Origin: a virus
Length of the DNA: 64,000 nt
Strand: one strand, 5' to 3'
IMG/VR virus record: IMGVR_UViG_3300042371_001161
Location: 1-64,000 of that record
Both the position numbers and the translations under genes were made by a program. This document shows positions 41,158 through 50,801 of this stretch, piece after piece. Every line of letters starts with the position of its first letter. Within the stretch, counting starts at the first letter, position 1. The notes under the pieces are model-generated. The model was given only the letters and a program-made list of their open reading frames with translations, had not been told where the DNA came from and ran no database searches.

Positions 41158-42621
41158 TTAAACCACTGTTGAAGTGAGGTTAGACTTTACGATATCGATT
41201 TCAATTCTGTCACCAATGCTGCTGACACGGACACCGACTCTGGCTTTCACCAAACCATTTGCCAACTGTGAGGTTGGGTTGATTGAGGAATCGCACTTCA
41301 CGATGTATCCGTTATCTAGCTCACGGCCGTTGGCATCAAATGCTGGGTAAAGAGCACCGAGGTTGCGCATTACCGACAGGATTGACACAAGGCGTGACTC
41401 GATGTCAGCGAAAATGGTGTTTCTTCCATCGATTGAGCTGAACACCACATCTTCAAGCGACCGGTAGCACTCTGTAACGATTGAGTTAACAACATCCTGT
41501 TGCGTGATATAGCGGAAGTTGTCGTTATCGGAAGAGAGCGAACGGGCTCCATACACGCGAATCGTGTTTTGAATCACTCGAATTGCGTTTACGTTGCCTT
41601 CGTCAAGGTCGTCACCGACAACCTTGCTAATGTCAGTCTTGATGCCGGTCACAAACTTGGCCGCTGAAACAATTCCTGCGGCTGGAAGATGTGGTCCGGT
41701 CCCATTATGGGCAACGGCGCGCTTTGCAGCGATATATCCAACTGGTGGAATGAATCGTCCTATGCCAGGCACGCTAGTGGGAACTAAAACCCACGGATGG
41801 TACAGTGCCGCATGCTCTGAGCCTTCTCCCGTTTGAAGTGAGAGTGCCTTTTCCTTCATGGCGGTAGCAGTTGCGTCTTCTGTTCCAAACAAAATTGCGA
41901 TTCTGCTATTTGCGTTTGCGTGGTCGATGAGGGCTTCAGCCACAGTGTCGCCGCTATCCTCTGGGCAAACAACAGCGCCCGAGCCGAGAGCGTCATTGAA
42001 CAACGTAAGCTGAGCGATGTATTCAGCAGAAGTTACGGTGTCATTGTTGTCGTCGCCTGTTCCCAACGCCGTTTCTGCAAGTACTACCGGCTTCAGGGCC
42101 GTACCACCAGAAGCAACCGCTGCTGTCACATAGCGAGCAGCAACCGCACTTAGGTTAATTCGTCCGACTGCCTGTGATACTGTCGTTACGCTTCCAGTTG
42201 TGTATTTCAAAACGCCGTCGTAGTAAATATCAACTTTGAAGGTTGTTGCGGTTGGGTGCGTTACAGCAACTCCGACGTCCGCGCTCCAAGCGCCTGCGCC
42301 ATTTGCCGTCAACGTAATTGCGGCGGCGGAGGCTGGACCATTCAAAGTCAACGAGCCGACTGTTGCTGATGCACCAACGGCGCGCGCAATGAAAGCTCGC
42401 GTTCCACCTTCCTCGAAAAATGTCTCCACCGTTGGGTGGGTGTACGAGGACGTCAGAAATCCACCGAAAATGTCTTCGAAGTCACTAAGACTCTCGACAA
42501 GTACGGCTTCGTCCGATGGACCACGCTCTGTTTTGCCAACAATGAACAGCTGCGAAGATTCGCGCACCGTTGCCGTTGATGGACCAGTTCTAACTGAAGT
42601 TGAAATGACTACGCCAGGCAT
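41158..42621 (-). CDS. Tail sheath protein
   Basis: MPGVVI, FIVGKTERGP, FFEEGG.RAFI.R, NVNAIR...RVYGARSL, RYI. Confidence 0.92.
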   Translation of the reverse strand: MPGVVISTSVRTGPSTATVRESSQLFIVGKTERGPSDEAVLVESLSDFEDIFGGFLTSSYTHPTVETFFEEGGTRAFIARAVGASATVGSLTLNGPASAAAITLTANGAGAWSADVGVAVTHPTATTFKVDIYYDGVLKYTTGSVTTVSQAVGRINLSAVAARYVTAAVASGGTALKPVVLAETALGTGDDNNDTVTSAEYIAQLTLFNDALGSGAVVCPEDSGDTVAEALIDHANANSRIAILFGTEDATATAMKEKALSLQTGEGSEHAALYHPWVLVPTSVPGIGRFIPPVGYIAAKRAVAHNGTGPHLPAAGIVSAAKFVTGIKTDISKVVGDDLDEGNVNAIRVIQNTIRVYGARSLSSDNDNFRYITQQDVVNSIVTECYRSLEDVVFSSIDGRNTIFADIESRLVSILSVMRNLGALYPAFDANGRELDNGYIVKCDSSINPTSQLANGLVKARVGVRVSSIGDRIEIDIVKSNLTSTVV

Positions 42622-42664
42622 AGAACCTCACTGTTTCGCATAGGGAATCCTGTTTGTGATTTCA

Positions 42665-42700
42665 ATTGTACAGATGGGATTCTATTATTTTGTGCAACTA
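42665..42700 (-). promoter_or_regulatory. Putative promoter TAGTTGCA(C)-N21-TACAAT upstream of the sheath gene
   Basis: Motif shared with 40633-40640 and 56640-56647. Confidence 0.55.
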
Positions 42701-42726
42701 TGAATTGAACTTTTAAAACAATATTT

Positions 42727-43335
42727 TCAGTAATCAAGGGACGGCATCTCCTGACCAACACCAGTAGGGGTGGTCTCGACCTCTACTTCTGAGACAACAC
42801 CCAATGCTTCTCGAGCGACAACCTCGTCCATTTCTAGCGTGTAGGCAATGTATGCCCCTGCCATCATTCGGTCGCCCTTGAGTAGGGTTATGTCTGAATA
42901 CTCTTCCCGGAAGCTATTTTCGCTGATAAGAGCCCTAAAAGACGTTCGTGAGTCGTGGGCCTTGAGGCAAGGGTAGTCAAGAAGGGCGCTCCTAGTTACC
43001 GTCGTCAATCTATCTCTCATTAAAGTTGTTGCTTCGTTTCCTTCGTCTCGCACCCATAGATAGGTCCGCATGGAGTAGCTGACGCGATAAAGAGGGTCGG
43101 TTTGGTCGTAACCTATTCTTTCAAGTCCATTCATGGAGAGCGCGACGGTAATAACCGAGGGCCATTCATCTATCGCCATTGGCTCGTAACCTATGTACTG
43201 ACCGGGGTCCGGAAGCTTTGTGCTATCGAGGTTCCAGCCGTTTCTGTACCGAATGAGGCGAATCGGAAGGTCGGCGGTCAAATAGTCATTGACATATTTT
43301 TTAGCAAAATGCGAGCCATTCATTAAGTAGGTCAT
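42727..43335 (-). CDS. Tail terminator/completion protein
   Basis: Position between neck and sheath; EWPSVI, YRVSYSMR.Y.WV. Confidence 0.65.
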   Translation of the reverse strand: MTYLMNGSHFAKKYVNDYLTADLPIRLIRYRNGWNLDSTKLPDPGQYIGYEPMAIDEWPSVITVALSMNGLERIGYDQTDPLYRVSYSMRTYLWVRDEGNEATTLMRDRLTTVTRSALLDYPCLKAHDSRTSFRALISENSFREEYSDITLLKGDRMMAGAYIAYTLEMDEVVAREALGVVSEVEVETTPTGVGQEMPSLDY

Positions 43336-43832
43336 GCCAGCTTGCTCCCCTGGACGATGTACTGCGTTGCTTTTTTATTAATGTCTTTGTCAAAACTATT
43401 GGGAACGAACAGTATCTTGCGAGCAGGCATGTCCTGGGTTCCATACTGATGAAATTTTGCAATTGGGCTATCAACCACAAAAGTTGCTTCCATGTCACTA
43501 ATTGAGTTCTTGGGGCTAGACCCAATGCCGGCAACGCTGCGAAACAGCTTTCCAGTTAATACCAAGGGCGGAGCCCCAGGTGCGTTACGGAACTTCCACG
43601 ACTCATACTCTTCATCAAGTGGTGGCCATGCACCCTTGAGCATCGCCTTGGCGGAAAGGGCACCCATGGTGGTGAAATTCTTAGAATATGCTCTTTCTAA
43701 ATAACCCTTAGCCCAATTCAAAACAGGCCGCATTGATTTAGCCCTGTCTTTCATGTTTCCTAAGCGGTCCTTTGCGTCCTCGCCGTGGAAATCAGTATCT
43801 CCAATATAAACTACTATGCCGCTTCTGGACAT
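43332..43832 (-). CDS. Neck/virion morphogenesis protein (Mu gpG-like)
   Basis: WPPL, LVLTGKL, AKFHQYGT..MPAR. Confidence 0.8.
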   Translation of the reverse strand: MSRSGIVVYIGDTDFHGEDAKDRLGNMKDRAKSMRPVLNWAKGYLERAYSKNFTTMGALSAKAMLKGAWPPLDEEYESWKFRNAPGAPPLVLTGKLFRSVAGIGSSPKNSISDMEATFVVDSPIAKFHQYGTQDMPARKILFVPNSFDKDINKKATQYIVQGSKLA

Positions 43833-43834
43833 AA

Positions 43835-44479
43835 TTAAGCCCGAACGCGACGGTATTTGCGCAATGAAGAAAGTTCCGAATCAAGGAAGCCCGTAACAAG
43901 CGGACCGGTATTTCTTGTTGTGATGTCTTTGACTCCAACCACGTCATCGTGCATGTTTTGCATTTCACGTGATGCTGCTCTAAGTATCATTAGCTTGAAG
44001 ACGGGTATTGATGGACCATCCAATCCAGCGGTATACGTAATGGTTATTAGGTCATCCGAATATCCGTGGTAGTAATCAATCCCGTATGTTCGCGTAACGT
44101 AGTCGGTATCTTCAATAAGTACTCTTTCCGTGCCAAAAAGTGGCTTTACCTTAACCTCTGATATTGAAGCAATTGGGGTATTTCTAAAGTAAATAGCGGG
44201 TGGCGGTGTCGCCCACGCAACTATGTCGGTGTATGAACCTTTAGTGAAAGAAGAATTATAACTGGTGTTGTCTGCTGTTAAAAATGTCCCCATTGGGGTG
44301 CCATTGTGATTGGAGTCCAGACGGTGCTCTTCTACATATTCGCCGACCTCTATCGGGCGACGTAGGAATGATTCGAGCTCGCTTTGAAGACCGGCGAGGA
44401 CCATGACGGCGGCATCTTCCTGACGTGCCGACAGCTTGATATCCATATATACCTTGACATCATTAACTGAGACAATCAT
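43835..44479 (-). CDS. Head-tail connector/adaptor protein
   Basis: VSVNDVKVY, ESFLRRP, ITITYTAG, LRKYRR; probable start at ATG 44479. Confidence 0.75.
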   Translation of the reverse strand: MIVSVNDVKVYMDIKLSARQEDAAVMVLAGLQSELESFLRRPIEVGEYVEEHRLDSNHNGTPMGTFLTADNTSYNSSFTKGSYTDIVAWATPPPAIYFRNTPIASISEVKVKPLFGTERVLIEDTDYVTRTYGIDYYHGYSDDLITITYTAGLDGPSIPVFKLMILRAASREMQNMHDDVVGVKDITTRNTGPLVTGFLDSELSSLRKYRRVRA

Positions 44480-44563
44480 CGTCACTCCCGTGATAAAGCG
44501 ATTTTGCAAATAAATGCTTCATCAAATTCTAACACCTAGTTAACTTGTGGGAGGAGAGAAGGG

Positions 44564-44601
44564 TTGACCGAGCAACGGAATTGGTGTAGATTCATGCCAT
44601 G
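44564..44601 (+). promoter_or_regulatory. Housekeeping sigma-type promoter TTGACC-N17-TAGATT driving a leaderless mRNA
   Basis: -35 at 44564-44569, -10 at 44587-44592, ATG 6 nt downstream. Confidence 0.7.
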
Positions 44602-44901
44602 TCGGGAAAAAGTAAATTCGATACAATTATTGACATTAAGGGAGATGACCTTAAGTCAATAAATATGGAGATTCTTGGAAGAATAACTAGGGTTATTTTT
44701 TTCCTGTTCATGCCCGACGGTCAGCCAATGAGCGACTCGGACATAGATGAACTGATGGACGAGTCTTTTGGCCTTGCCTCGCTCTTGATGGCCGTGGCAG
44801 GGATGCGGGTGGTTGGGGAGAATATTAACGGCGACTACGTTGTGAAATTCAAGCCATATAAGTCACTAGAACACTTTGAAAAGGAGAATGAATCCAAATG
44901 A
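44599..44901 (+). CDS. Acidic hypothetical protein, paralog of the next gene
   Basis: MAVAGMRVVGENINGDYVVKFKP versus MAATGMKIIGKDETGKYVATLEP. Confidence 0.7.
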   Translation: MSGKSKFDTIIDIKGDDLKSINMEILGRITRVIFFLFMPDGQPMSDSDIDELMDESFGLASLLMAVAGMRVVGENINGDYVVKFKPYKSLEHFEKENESK

Positions 44902-45308
44902 AAACAGAAATTACGATTACAGAATATTTTTCCAACGAAGAAACCAAGCGGGCAGCAAATGTTGAAGTTTTGCAAAATGTCCTAAAGGTCCTTTTTTTCT
45001 GGGTAAACGAAAGAGAAGAAAACATCTTTGACGAAGAAGGCGAAGTCAATGAGGATGCAATGAGTGATTACACGGATTTTCTATGGTCCATCACTTGCTC
45101 CATGATGGCCGCTACAGGTATGAAGATTATTGGTAAAGACGAAACGGGAAAGTACGTAGCAACGCTAGAACCGAGACCGTCCGTCAAAGAGTTCCTCATT
45201 AAGGAAGATATTGCCACAGAAGAAGACATTCACTGGGATGACATCCTGGAAGACTTTGAGCCAGATAGTGGCTTCGAAAGACATGATGACTATTTAATGA
45301 GGAACTAA
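44898..45308 (+). CDS. Acidic hypothetical protein, paralog of the previous gene
   Basis: Shared motif as above; ATGA overlap. Confidence 0.7.
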   Translation: MKTEITITEYFSNEETKRAANVEVLQNVLKVLFFWVNEREENIFDEEGEVNEDAMSDYTDFLWSITCSMMAATGMKIIGKDETGKYVATLEPRPSVKEFLIKEDIATEEDIHWDDILEDFEPDSGFERHDDYLMRN

Positions 45309-45324
45309 ATCGGCGCGAAGAAGT

Positions 45325-46071
45325 TTATTTCTTCTTGCCTTTTTTGCTTCCGCCTTTTGCAAGTTTGTCAGCTTCACGCCTGCCCGCGGCTGCTCGTTCC
45401 GCTGGAGTTTTTGCCCGTTGCGCCGCCTTTTGGTTTGATTTAGCCTTAGGTGGACGAATTGGTCCACCTACACGCTTAATGCGACCTGCAGCGGCCTTCC
45501 CTCCTCTTGGTCTGTTGAGAATATCGCTGCTGCCTTCACGCGTTCTTGCTATGTTCAATTTATCAACCTGAGATAAGAAGTTGCCTGGCTTTGTGGTCCC
45601 CTTTGCAATGGGGTCTCTGCCAAACTTTGCTCCATTTTTATTCATTCTTCTTTGAGCTCGGCCTTCAAGTTCCCGGAATCTCTTTGACCTGGTGCGACCC
45701 GCGTACCATGAATCGGCTGGGGCGCCTACGCCACCAGGCTTGCGACCACTAGTGTCGCCACGGTCTGCAAACTCTTTACTGACGGACTTTTTCATGGTTC
45801 CGCCAGTTCTCCAACTTTTTGCAGCCTTGCTTCGTGACTTGGAACCACCGTATCTGGCCATTTCTGCCAAATCGCCAAGCTTGCCTTTATCGAAGTTTTC
45901 GGGCTTTACACCAAAAATGTCTTCTGCAATCTGTTTATATTTATCAAGTTTTTTGCGGTCCCGGGTGTCTACCTTCACTCCCTTGCGCAGCTTTGCTTGC
46001 GTTTCCTTGACAAAATCGGTAATATGTGCGGCGTCATCACTAATGTCTGGGCCGTAGCGTACTCCTGGCAT
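45325..46071 (-). CDS. Highly basic Lys/Arg/Gly-rich protein, putative DNA-binding or core protein
   Basis: 248 aa dominated by K/R/G/A, ends GGSKKGKKK. Confidence 0.65.
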   Translation of the reverse strand: MPGVRYGPDISDDAAHITDFVKETQAKLRKGVKVDTRDRKKLDKYKQIAEDIFGVKPENFDKGKLGDLAEMARYGGSKSRSKAAKSWRTGGTMKKSVSKEFADRGDTSGRKPGGVGAPADSWYAGRTRSKRFRELEGRAQRRMNKNGAKFGRDPIAKGTTKPGNFLSQVDKLNIARTREGSSDILNRPRGGKAAAGRIKRVGGPIRPPKAKSNQKAAQRAKTPAERAAAGRREADKLAKGGSKKGKKK

Positions 46072-46118
46072 AAAAGCTCCTATAGTCTTTGTTCAAATAT
46101 ACCAGAAAATACTTTTAT

Positions 46119-46676
46119 CTATCTGTCGGAATTGGGTGGTCTTTCTATTGAAAGCACTTCTGGGGGCACAGAATTCGGAGGAGCCTCTATCGGAACCCAT
46201 GCTCTAGCGTAATTGTGTTCTTTTATTTTTCTGACTTTGAACAGATTTCCGTCAAGCATTAATGCAAGTTCTTCTGCTCGCATGCAGAGAATGTCCTGGA
46301 AATCGGATGCGCCGTACTTTCCGGAACGCCTGACGGACCTGATGATTTTAGAAGCTTTCTCCGCAATCACGTGTGAATGCCCTCGATTTAGGCGAAGGTG
46401 CATCATCATCGCGTCAACCTGGTCGACGTCATGAAAAACTACTGGAATTTTCCCCTCGGTCTTTTTTAAAATCTGCGGAATACTGGTTGCCAAAATAAAA
46501 CGCTCGGAACCATCAATTATCTCCCCGGTAGATAAGCGAGCATGTATCGGTTGAATGAATCCAAGCTCAGATAGCGATGCTGAAATTATTAACATCTCCG
46601 GACGCAGGGTGTACGTAGCTCGCCACTCAGGAGTAGATAAGCGCGATGGCTCTACGTATTCAATATTAATATTCAT
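46119..46676 (-). CDS. ParB/Srx-like protein (IbrB/YbdM-like, degenerate active site)
   Basis: GFIQPI, IIDGSERF, LRLNRG. Confidence 0.75.
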   Translation of the reverse strand: MNINIEYVEPSRLSTPEWRATYTLRPEMLIISASLSELGFIQPIHARLSTGEIIDGSERFILATSIPQILKKTEGKIPVVFHDVDQVDAMMMHLRLNRGHSHVIAEKASKIIRSVRRSGKYGASDFQDILCMRAEELALMLDGNLFKVRKIKEHNYARAWVPIEAPPNSVPPEVLSIERPPNSDR

Positions 46677-47805
46677 ATATGTCTGCTCTCTCTAGTTCTA
46701 CTGCCCTGACAGTGTGCGCCTTTGTCTTGGGTCCAACTGGTGTTGGAGAGTTAACGTCAATGTCGTTCAGCATCAAATTTCTTATAAGCCAGCTAACTGG
46801 GTACCCGTGTGGGTCTGATAGGTGCTTTTTTCTAAACTTAGAAACATAAGCACGGGCTTCCGTTTGACGTCGTTCGCCCACCAAGTATTGTTCGATGAAA
46901 CTTGATGCACCATCAAATCCAAACTGAGAGTAGATATCAATCAGCTTCTCCGAGTCAAACTCTGGCCAAAGTCTGCGTTGTGCGTCTATGTATGGGAAGC
47001 ACTCGTAAAGCCTGTCGTAGAATTCTGGTTCCGTAGCAATAACGTCTCCAATCCGCCTTATTGCAGTCGCATGCAAGGGGATTCCAACTCGCGTGTTGCT
47101 TCCGGTGATTGTTGCGAGGTCATAGTACTTGCAGTATTCTGCGTCGTGTTCCTCGATGATGAATTTAAAAACATCATCCGTATTCCAGTCATATATGACT
47201 TTGGCGAACTTGAGTGGTATTCCCTTTTTTAACTTGTACGGCGTATTTATGTAATTCTCGTGAAGTTTCTGAACAATCGACCTGTATCTAACCATCGACT
47301 CGCTTGCTCTGACTCCAGTCAGAAAGGCAACATTTCCTTTTTTGCCCTGCATTGTGTAGTAATCGGTCTGTTCAGGCAATGAAACGCTGTGACTTAGTCC
47401 AAAATTCTTGCCGCTGATTGCCCATGGGGGCATCGGTCGCACCCACCTGCCTTGTTCAAATCTTTCTTGACTCCACAGGAGGGTCGTTATCCTGTAACCA
47501 AGAACCCAAATTTCTGCTGGATATGGCAAGCAGTACCACTCCATGTCAACCCAATCGTAGTTGCGGACCCTCTCTACGTAGTCCATGACGACAGGGCTCA
47601 CCATTTCTTCGTCGCGGAAAATCACCTTAACAGGGCCTAGGCCACGCTCTTCGTGGACCTCCTTGGCAAGGAGAAGAACGGCGGTTGAGTCTTTGCCGCC
47701 AGAAAATTGAACACACACCGTGTCAAAGGTGTCGTATACGTGACGTATTCTTTGACGAGCAGCGTCAACGCAGCTCATATCCAAGAACAGGCGTTGACGA
47801 GTCAT
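46666..47805 (-). CDS. PP-loop PAPS-reductase-family protein (IbrA/YbdN/DndC-like)
   Basis: VQFSGGKDS PP-loop, VIFRDEE, TGVRASES..R, IYDW...DV. Confidence 0.88.
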   Translation of the reverse strand: MTRQRLFLDMSCVDAARQRIRHVYDTFDTVCVQFSGGKDSTAVLLLAKEVHEERGLGPVKVIFRDEEMVSPVVMDYVERVRNYDWVDMEWYCLPYPAEIWVLGYRITTLLWSQERFEQGRWVRPMPPWAISGKNFGLSHSVSLPEQTDYYTMQGKKGNVAFLTGVRASESMVRYRSIVQKLHENYINTPYKLKKGIPLKFAKVIYDWNTDDVFKFIIEEHDAEYCKYYDLATITGSNTRVGIPLHATAIRRIGDVIATEPEFYDRLYECFPYIDAQRRLWPEFDSEKLIDIYSQFGFDGASSFIEQYLVGERRQTEARAYVSKFRKKHLSDPHGYPVSWLIRNLMLNDIDVNSPTPVGPKTKAHTVRAVELERADIYEY

Positions 47806-48005
47806 TAGTTTTTGTGCATTTTGTTGAGGCGGAGTATTTCTGTCCTGAGTTCGTTATTCTCATTTAGAGCTCTCTCGGCAACAGCCTTCCAATATGCGGA
47901 GTCCGCTATGTGCTTGTCCATGATGTCCAATATCTTCGGACAGTCATTCTTGGAGACCCTAGCCACTTGTAGTAGATGTCTGTATACCTGTTCTTGTTGG
48001 TCCAT
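47805..48005 (-). CDS. Small coiled-coil hypothetical protein
   Basis: 66 aa ORF translationally coupled between ParB and PP-loop genes. Confidence 0.6.
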   Translation of the reverse strand: MDQQEQVYRHLLQVARVSKNDCPKILDIMDKHIADSAYWKAVAERALNENNELRTEILRLNKMHKN

Positions 48006-48006
48006 A

Positions 48007-48888
48007 TTAAACCTCTATGTGTTGATTAATAAAATCTATCAGCTTCTCAGCGGTAGTTGCTCCGACTACTGCGGGGTCGGATTTTATCCACTTCAAAAAT
48101 TCATACCATCTAGCCTGCTGTGTCGTGTCGTCAAATACAATTGTGCACTGAACGACGGCTCGTGGGGCCGAACCCGGAGAGACGGTCGTCGAGCCACGTT
48201 TGACGGCATCATTTTGGTCGAAGCCTGAACGTATTTCAATGTGTTGCTTGCCATCTTCCGTATGGGTAACGTTCACCATATTACGGTCTAGTTCTGGCGC
48301 AGTAGGTGATGCGTTTGTGCTTGTTTTGTTCTCTCCATAATTGTCATAGTCGTCATAACTGTCAAATTTTGCAACAACAGTAAATCCGTTGTCTGAAGAC
48401 CCAGTGATAGTCGGTGGAATAAATCCAGCCCCAGGCTCTATTACTCTATTGTCCTCACGAATGAGTTTTTGTTCTATTTCGGCAGTGTAAAATTCATCCC
48501 ATCCGAGTCCGTTGATGAGCTCCGGGTAGATATCTGCCAGTTCAAGTATTACTTCATTCAATAACTCTGGCTCGGTATATCCAAGCTCCATCGTTCTGTT
48601 GTCTGCAAGTGCAAAGGCAATAGCTCGCTCGCCATCAACCGCAAAGCTGACGGCTGCTATTTTGTCCCAGCCCAACCTTTTTGCTGCCTCTAGCTGGTGA
48701 TTTCCAGCGATAACTGTCGCCGTTCCATCATCGTTGGGTCGAACAACTATTGGTTTGATTTGTCCAAATTCGCGATACGAAGCCATAATTGCTCCTACGT
48801 CACCGCGTCTGGGGTTTGATTCTAATGGCAGCAGCGTCTCGATGTCTACGGCCATTTGAATGAGTGATTCGTGAATTCCATGAGTCAT
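48007..48888 (-). CDS. ParB-like nuclease domain protein with acidic C-terminus
   Basis: NPRRGD, EFGQIKPIVV, IAGNHQLEAAK.LG, ADNR. Confidence 0.85.
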   Translation of the reverse strand: MTHGIHESLIQMAVDIETLLPLESNPRRGDVGAIMASYREFGQIKPIVVRPNDDGTATVIAGNHQLEAAKRLGWDKIAAVSFAVDGERAIAFALADNRTMELGYTEPELLNEVILELADIYPELINGLGWDEFYTAEIEQKLIREDNRVIEPGAGFIPPTITGSSDNGFTVVAKFDSYDDYDNYGENKTSTNASPTAPELDRNMVNVTHTEDGKQHIEIRSGFDQNDAVKRGSTTVSPGSAPRAVVQCTIVFDDTTQQARWYEFLKWIKSDPAVVGATTAEKLIDFINQHIEV

Positions 48889-48892
48889 AGTT

Positions 48893-49228
48893 CTATACCT
48901 GATTTCTAACGTTGGCGTTTAGTGTTCGTATTGCATCCATGGATGAGCGAACGGAAAGAAGCTTTTCTCTTTTAGATTTAACAAGAGCTTCGGCACACTT
49001 GTATTCAAAGTACTCCTGGTCAAGCTTGTAATCCGCCCACGCTTCTCTCTCTTTTATAGACCCCTTGGCAGACAGATATTCGCGAGCCCAATTGGCTTTA
49101 TAGAGAGCTTCTTTTTTTGCCATATCCATAGATAGAGATTCAAATTGCTCTGTCTCTTCTTCAAGCATATCCATCAACCGGAGCAACTCCTGCTCAATAT
49201 CAATTTGGCTAATTGGCGTTGTTCTCAT
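48893..49228 (-). CDS. Coiled-coil protein, UvsY-like recombination accessory (tentative)
   Basis: All-helical 111 aa, KEREA, DAIRTLNAN; adjacent to RuvC. Confidence 0.5.
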   Translation of the reverse strand: MRTTPISQIDIEQELLRLMDMLEEETEQFESLSMDMAKKEALYKANWAREYLSAKGSIKEREAWADYKLDQEYFEYKCAEALVKSKREKLLSVRSSMDAIRTLNANVRNQV

Positions 49229-49229
49229 A

Positions 49230-49757
49230 CTAAGAAACCTCTCTCATTCCCTCGATAGGGGACCAGTCTACTTTTATTAAAGCCTCTAATTGCTCTTTAG
49301 TCCAAGATTCCTTTGATTCTCCGATATAAGCAAGGCCCATCTGCCGGAGTATCCATGCATCGCATTCGTCATCTGCTCCAGCACCCAAAAAAGTGAGTCC
49401 GGTCTTGGCAGAAATAGCCGAAATAACCTCAGTCTTCCCGGCATTGCCCTTACCGGTGGCAAACTTCGCCCTACAGGTAGGTGGGACCTCTACATAGGGG
49501 GTTCCCATCTCCCACAACTTCATTCTCACAACGCCCCCCATTTCACCAATACTGTGTGCCTGGCTGTTGCGCGAGGCAAAAGAATAGCCCTCAATTATGA
49601 CTGCTTCTATCGAGTGGGTGGTAATTATTTTAATAATCTCGTCAGAAACCTTAGACAGTCTTTCAGCCCCTTTTAGCTTCAGGGCGATTATTCCAGTTTC
49701 TCCTTCTACACAGTAACCGGTAGATGTAAGAGAAAGGTCAAGCCCAAGCAAACGCAC
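49230..49757 (-). CDS. ruvC: RuvC-like Holliday junction resolvase
   Basis: LLGLDLSLTSTG, VIIEG, GEMGG, KFATGKGNA.K, DECDA. Confidence 0.9.
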   Translation of the reverse strand: MRLLGLDLSLTSTGYCVEGETGIIALKLKGAERLSKVSDEIIKIITTHSIEAVIIEGYSFASRNSQAHSIGEMGGVVRMKLWEMGTPYVEVPPTCRAKFATGKGNAGKTEVISAISAKTGLTFLGAGADDECDAWILRQMGLAYIGESKESWTKEQLEALIKVDWSPIEGMREVS

Positions 49758-49773
49758 AATTAGGGACTATAGC

Positions 49774-49818
49774 AAATACAAAGGCGGGCAGTGGCTCACC
49801 ATTGAACAACTACCCGCC
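49774..49818 (-). terminator. Intrinsic terminator-like hairpin
   Basis: Minus strand GGCGGGTAGT...ACTGCCCGCC stem (one G-U pair, extendable inward) followed by TTTGTATTT; a TGCTATAGT extended -10 follows just upstream of the ruvC start. Confidence 0.65.
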
Positions 49819-49874
49819 CGTGCACCTATTTGGGTCCTCAGGTAGCGATTTCTGAAGATAACTAAATAATACAC

Positions 49875-50228
49875 TCACTCCCATGAGTGTTTGGCCAACC
49901 CAAGCGAAAAAGCAAGGGCCGGTTCGTTGCCGATTCTTGAGTGACACTTTCTGCACACGGTAACGAGATTTTCTTCTTCAAGTATTGAGCCACCCTGCGA
50001 GCGACGAACGAGCTCATGCACATCGACACTATTGCGATGAATAAAAACATGCAATCCATCATTCTTGGCAAAAACTGGGCAGGCAAAACAAAGTGGGAAA
50101 TCAGACAGCATTCGAGCAACAATCTTGCGGCGCTCAACGTATATTTCTTCAGTTTTTTGGCTACGTTTGGCTATTTTCTTTGTACTGCGTTTGAGCGGCG
50201 TTCGTTTAATTGGCTTATTGGGCTTCAT
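49875..50228 (-). CDS. HNH endonuclease
   Basis: CFAC, DVHE...SQGG, NLVTVCRKCH. Confidence 0.85.
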   Translation of the reverse strand: MKPNKPIKRTPLKRSTKKIAKRSQKTEEIYVERRKIVARMLSDFPLCFACPVFAKNDGLHVFIHRNSVDVHELVRRSQGGSILEEENLVTVCRKCHSRIGNEPALAFSLGLAKHSWE

Positions 50229-50245
50229 TAAGTATGAATATTACA

Positions 50246-50761
50246 TCATAAATTGTCATTATTAATGTCCCCGAAAGTCCATTTACCATCAAGGCAATCC
50301 CATAGCGAACGGTCGATGGCCGTATCTTCAAGGTCAAACTCTTCTAATAAGTTTTTGTGCGCAATGATTGCCCTGCGGTAAAAGTCAACTTCCTTCCACC
50401 CGTCGTTATTACTGGTTTCCCCTGTGTCAATCATTAGGCAGACGTCGTCAAGACGGCGGTCTACGTGATATTTGAATCTCTTGATTCGGGTTGCTTTTTC
50501 ACCATAGTAACGAAGTGCTTCCGTCGTTAGTTTCCCACCTTTGGCACCAAGAGAAGAATAACGCTGCTGGTCTGATTCACTATCTGCCTCTATTGAGTCA
50601 ATTTGTCTTTGTAGGTTGTCCGAAAGAGCTATAAGAGCACGCTTCCATCTATCCCAATGTTCTGGATTTTGAAGTTCTTCGCGTTCTTGAAGTGAAGTTT
50701 TGTTTTTTACTTCTTCGGCAACCATTCTTGCAAAGGCGTCGTCGTTCCATTTTGTATTCAT
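50246..50761 (-). CDS. Hypothetical helical protein
   Basis: Probable start MNTKWNDDAF at 50761; longer upstream starts overlap the neighbouring gene. Confidence 0.65.
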   Translation of the reverse strand: MNTKWNDDAFARMVAEEVKNKTSLQEREELQNPEHWDRWKRALIALSDNLQRQIDSIEADSESDQQRYSSLGAKGGKLTTEALRYYGEKATRIKRFKYHVDRRLDDVCLMIDTGETSNNDGWKEVDFYRRAIIAHKNLLEEFDLEDTAIDRSLWDCLDGKWTFGDINNDNL

Positions 50762-50801
50762 TGTTTTATTAATCTGTGATGTCTCCATTAGGGCCTGCAA
50801 C

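Noticed and set aside
49875-50228. HNH as a mobile intron or homing element
   Set aside because: Stand-alone short gene that interrupts no ORF; no intron structure recognised
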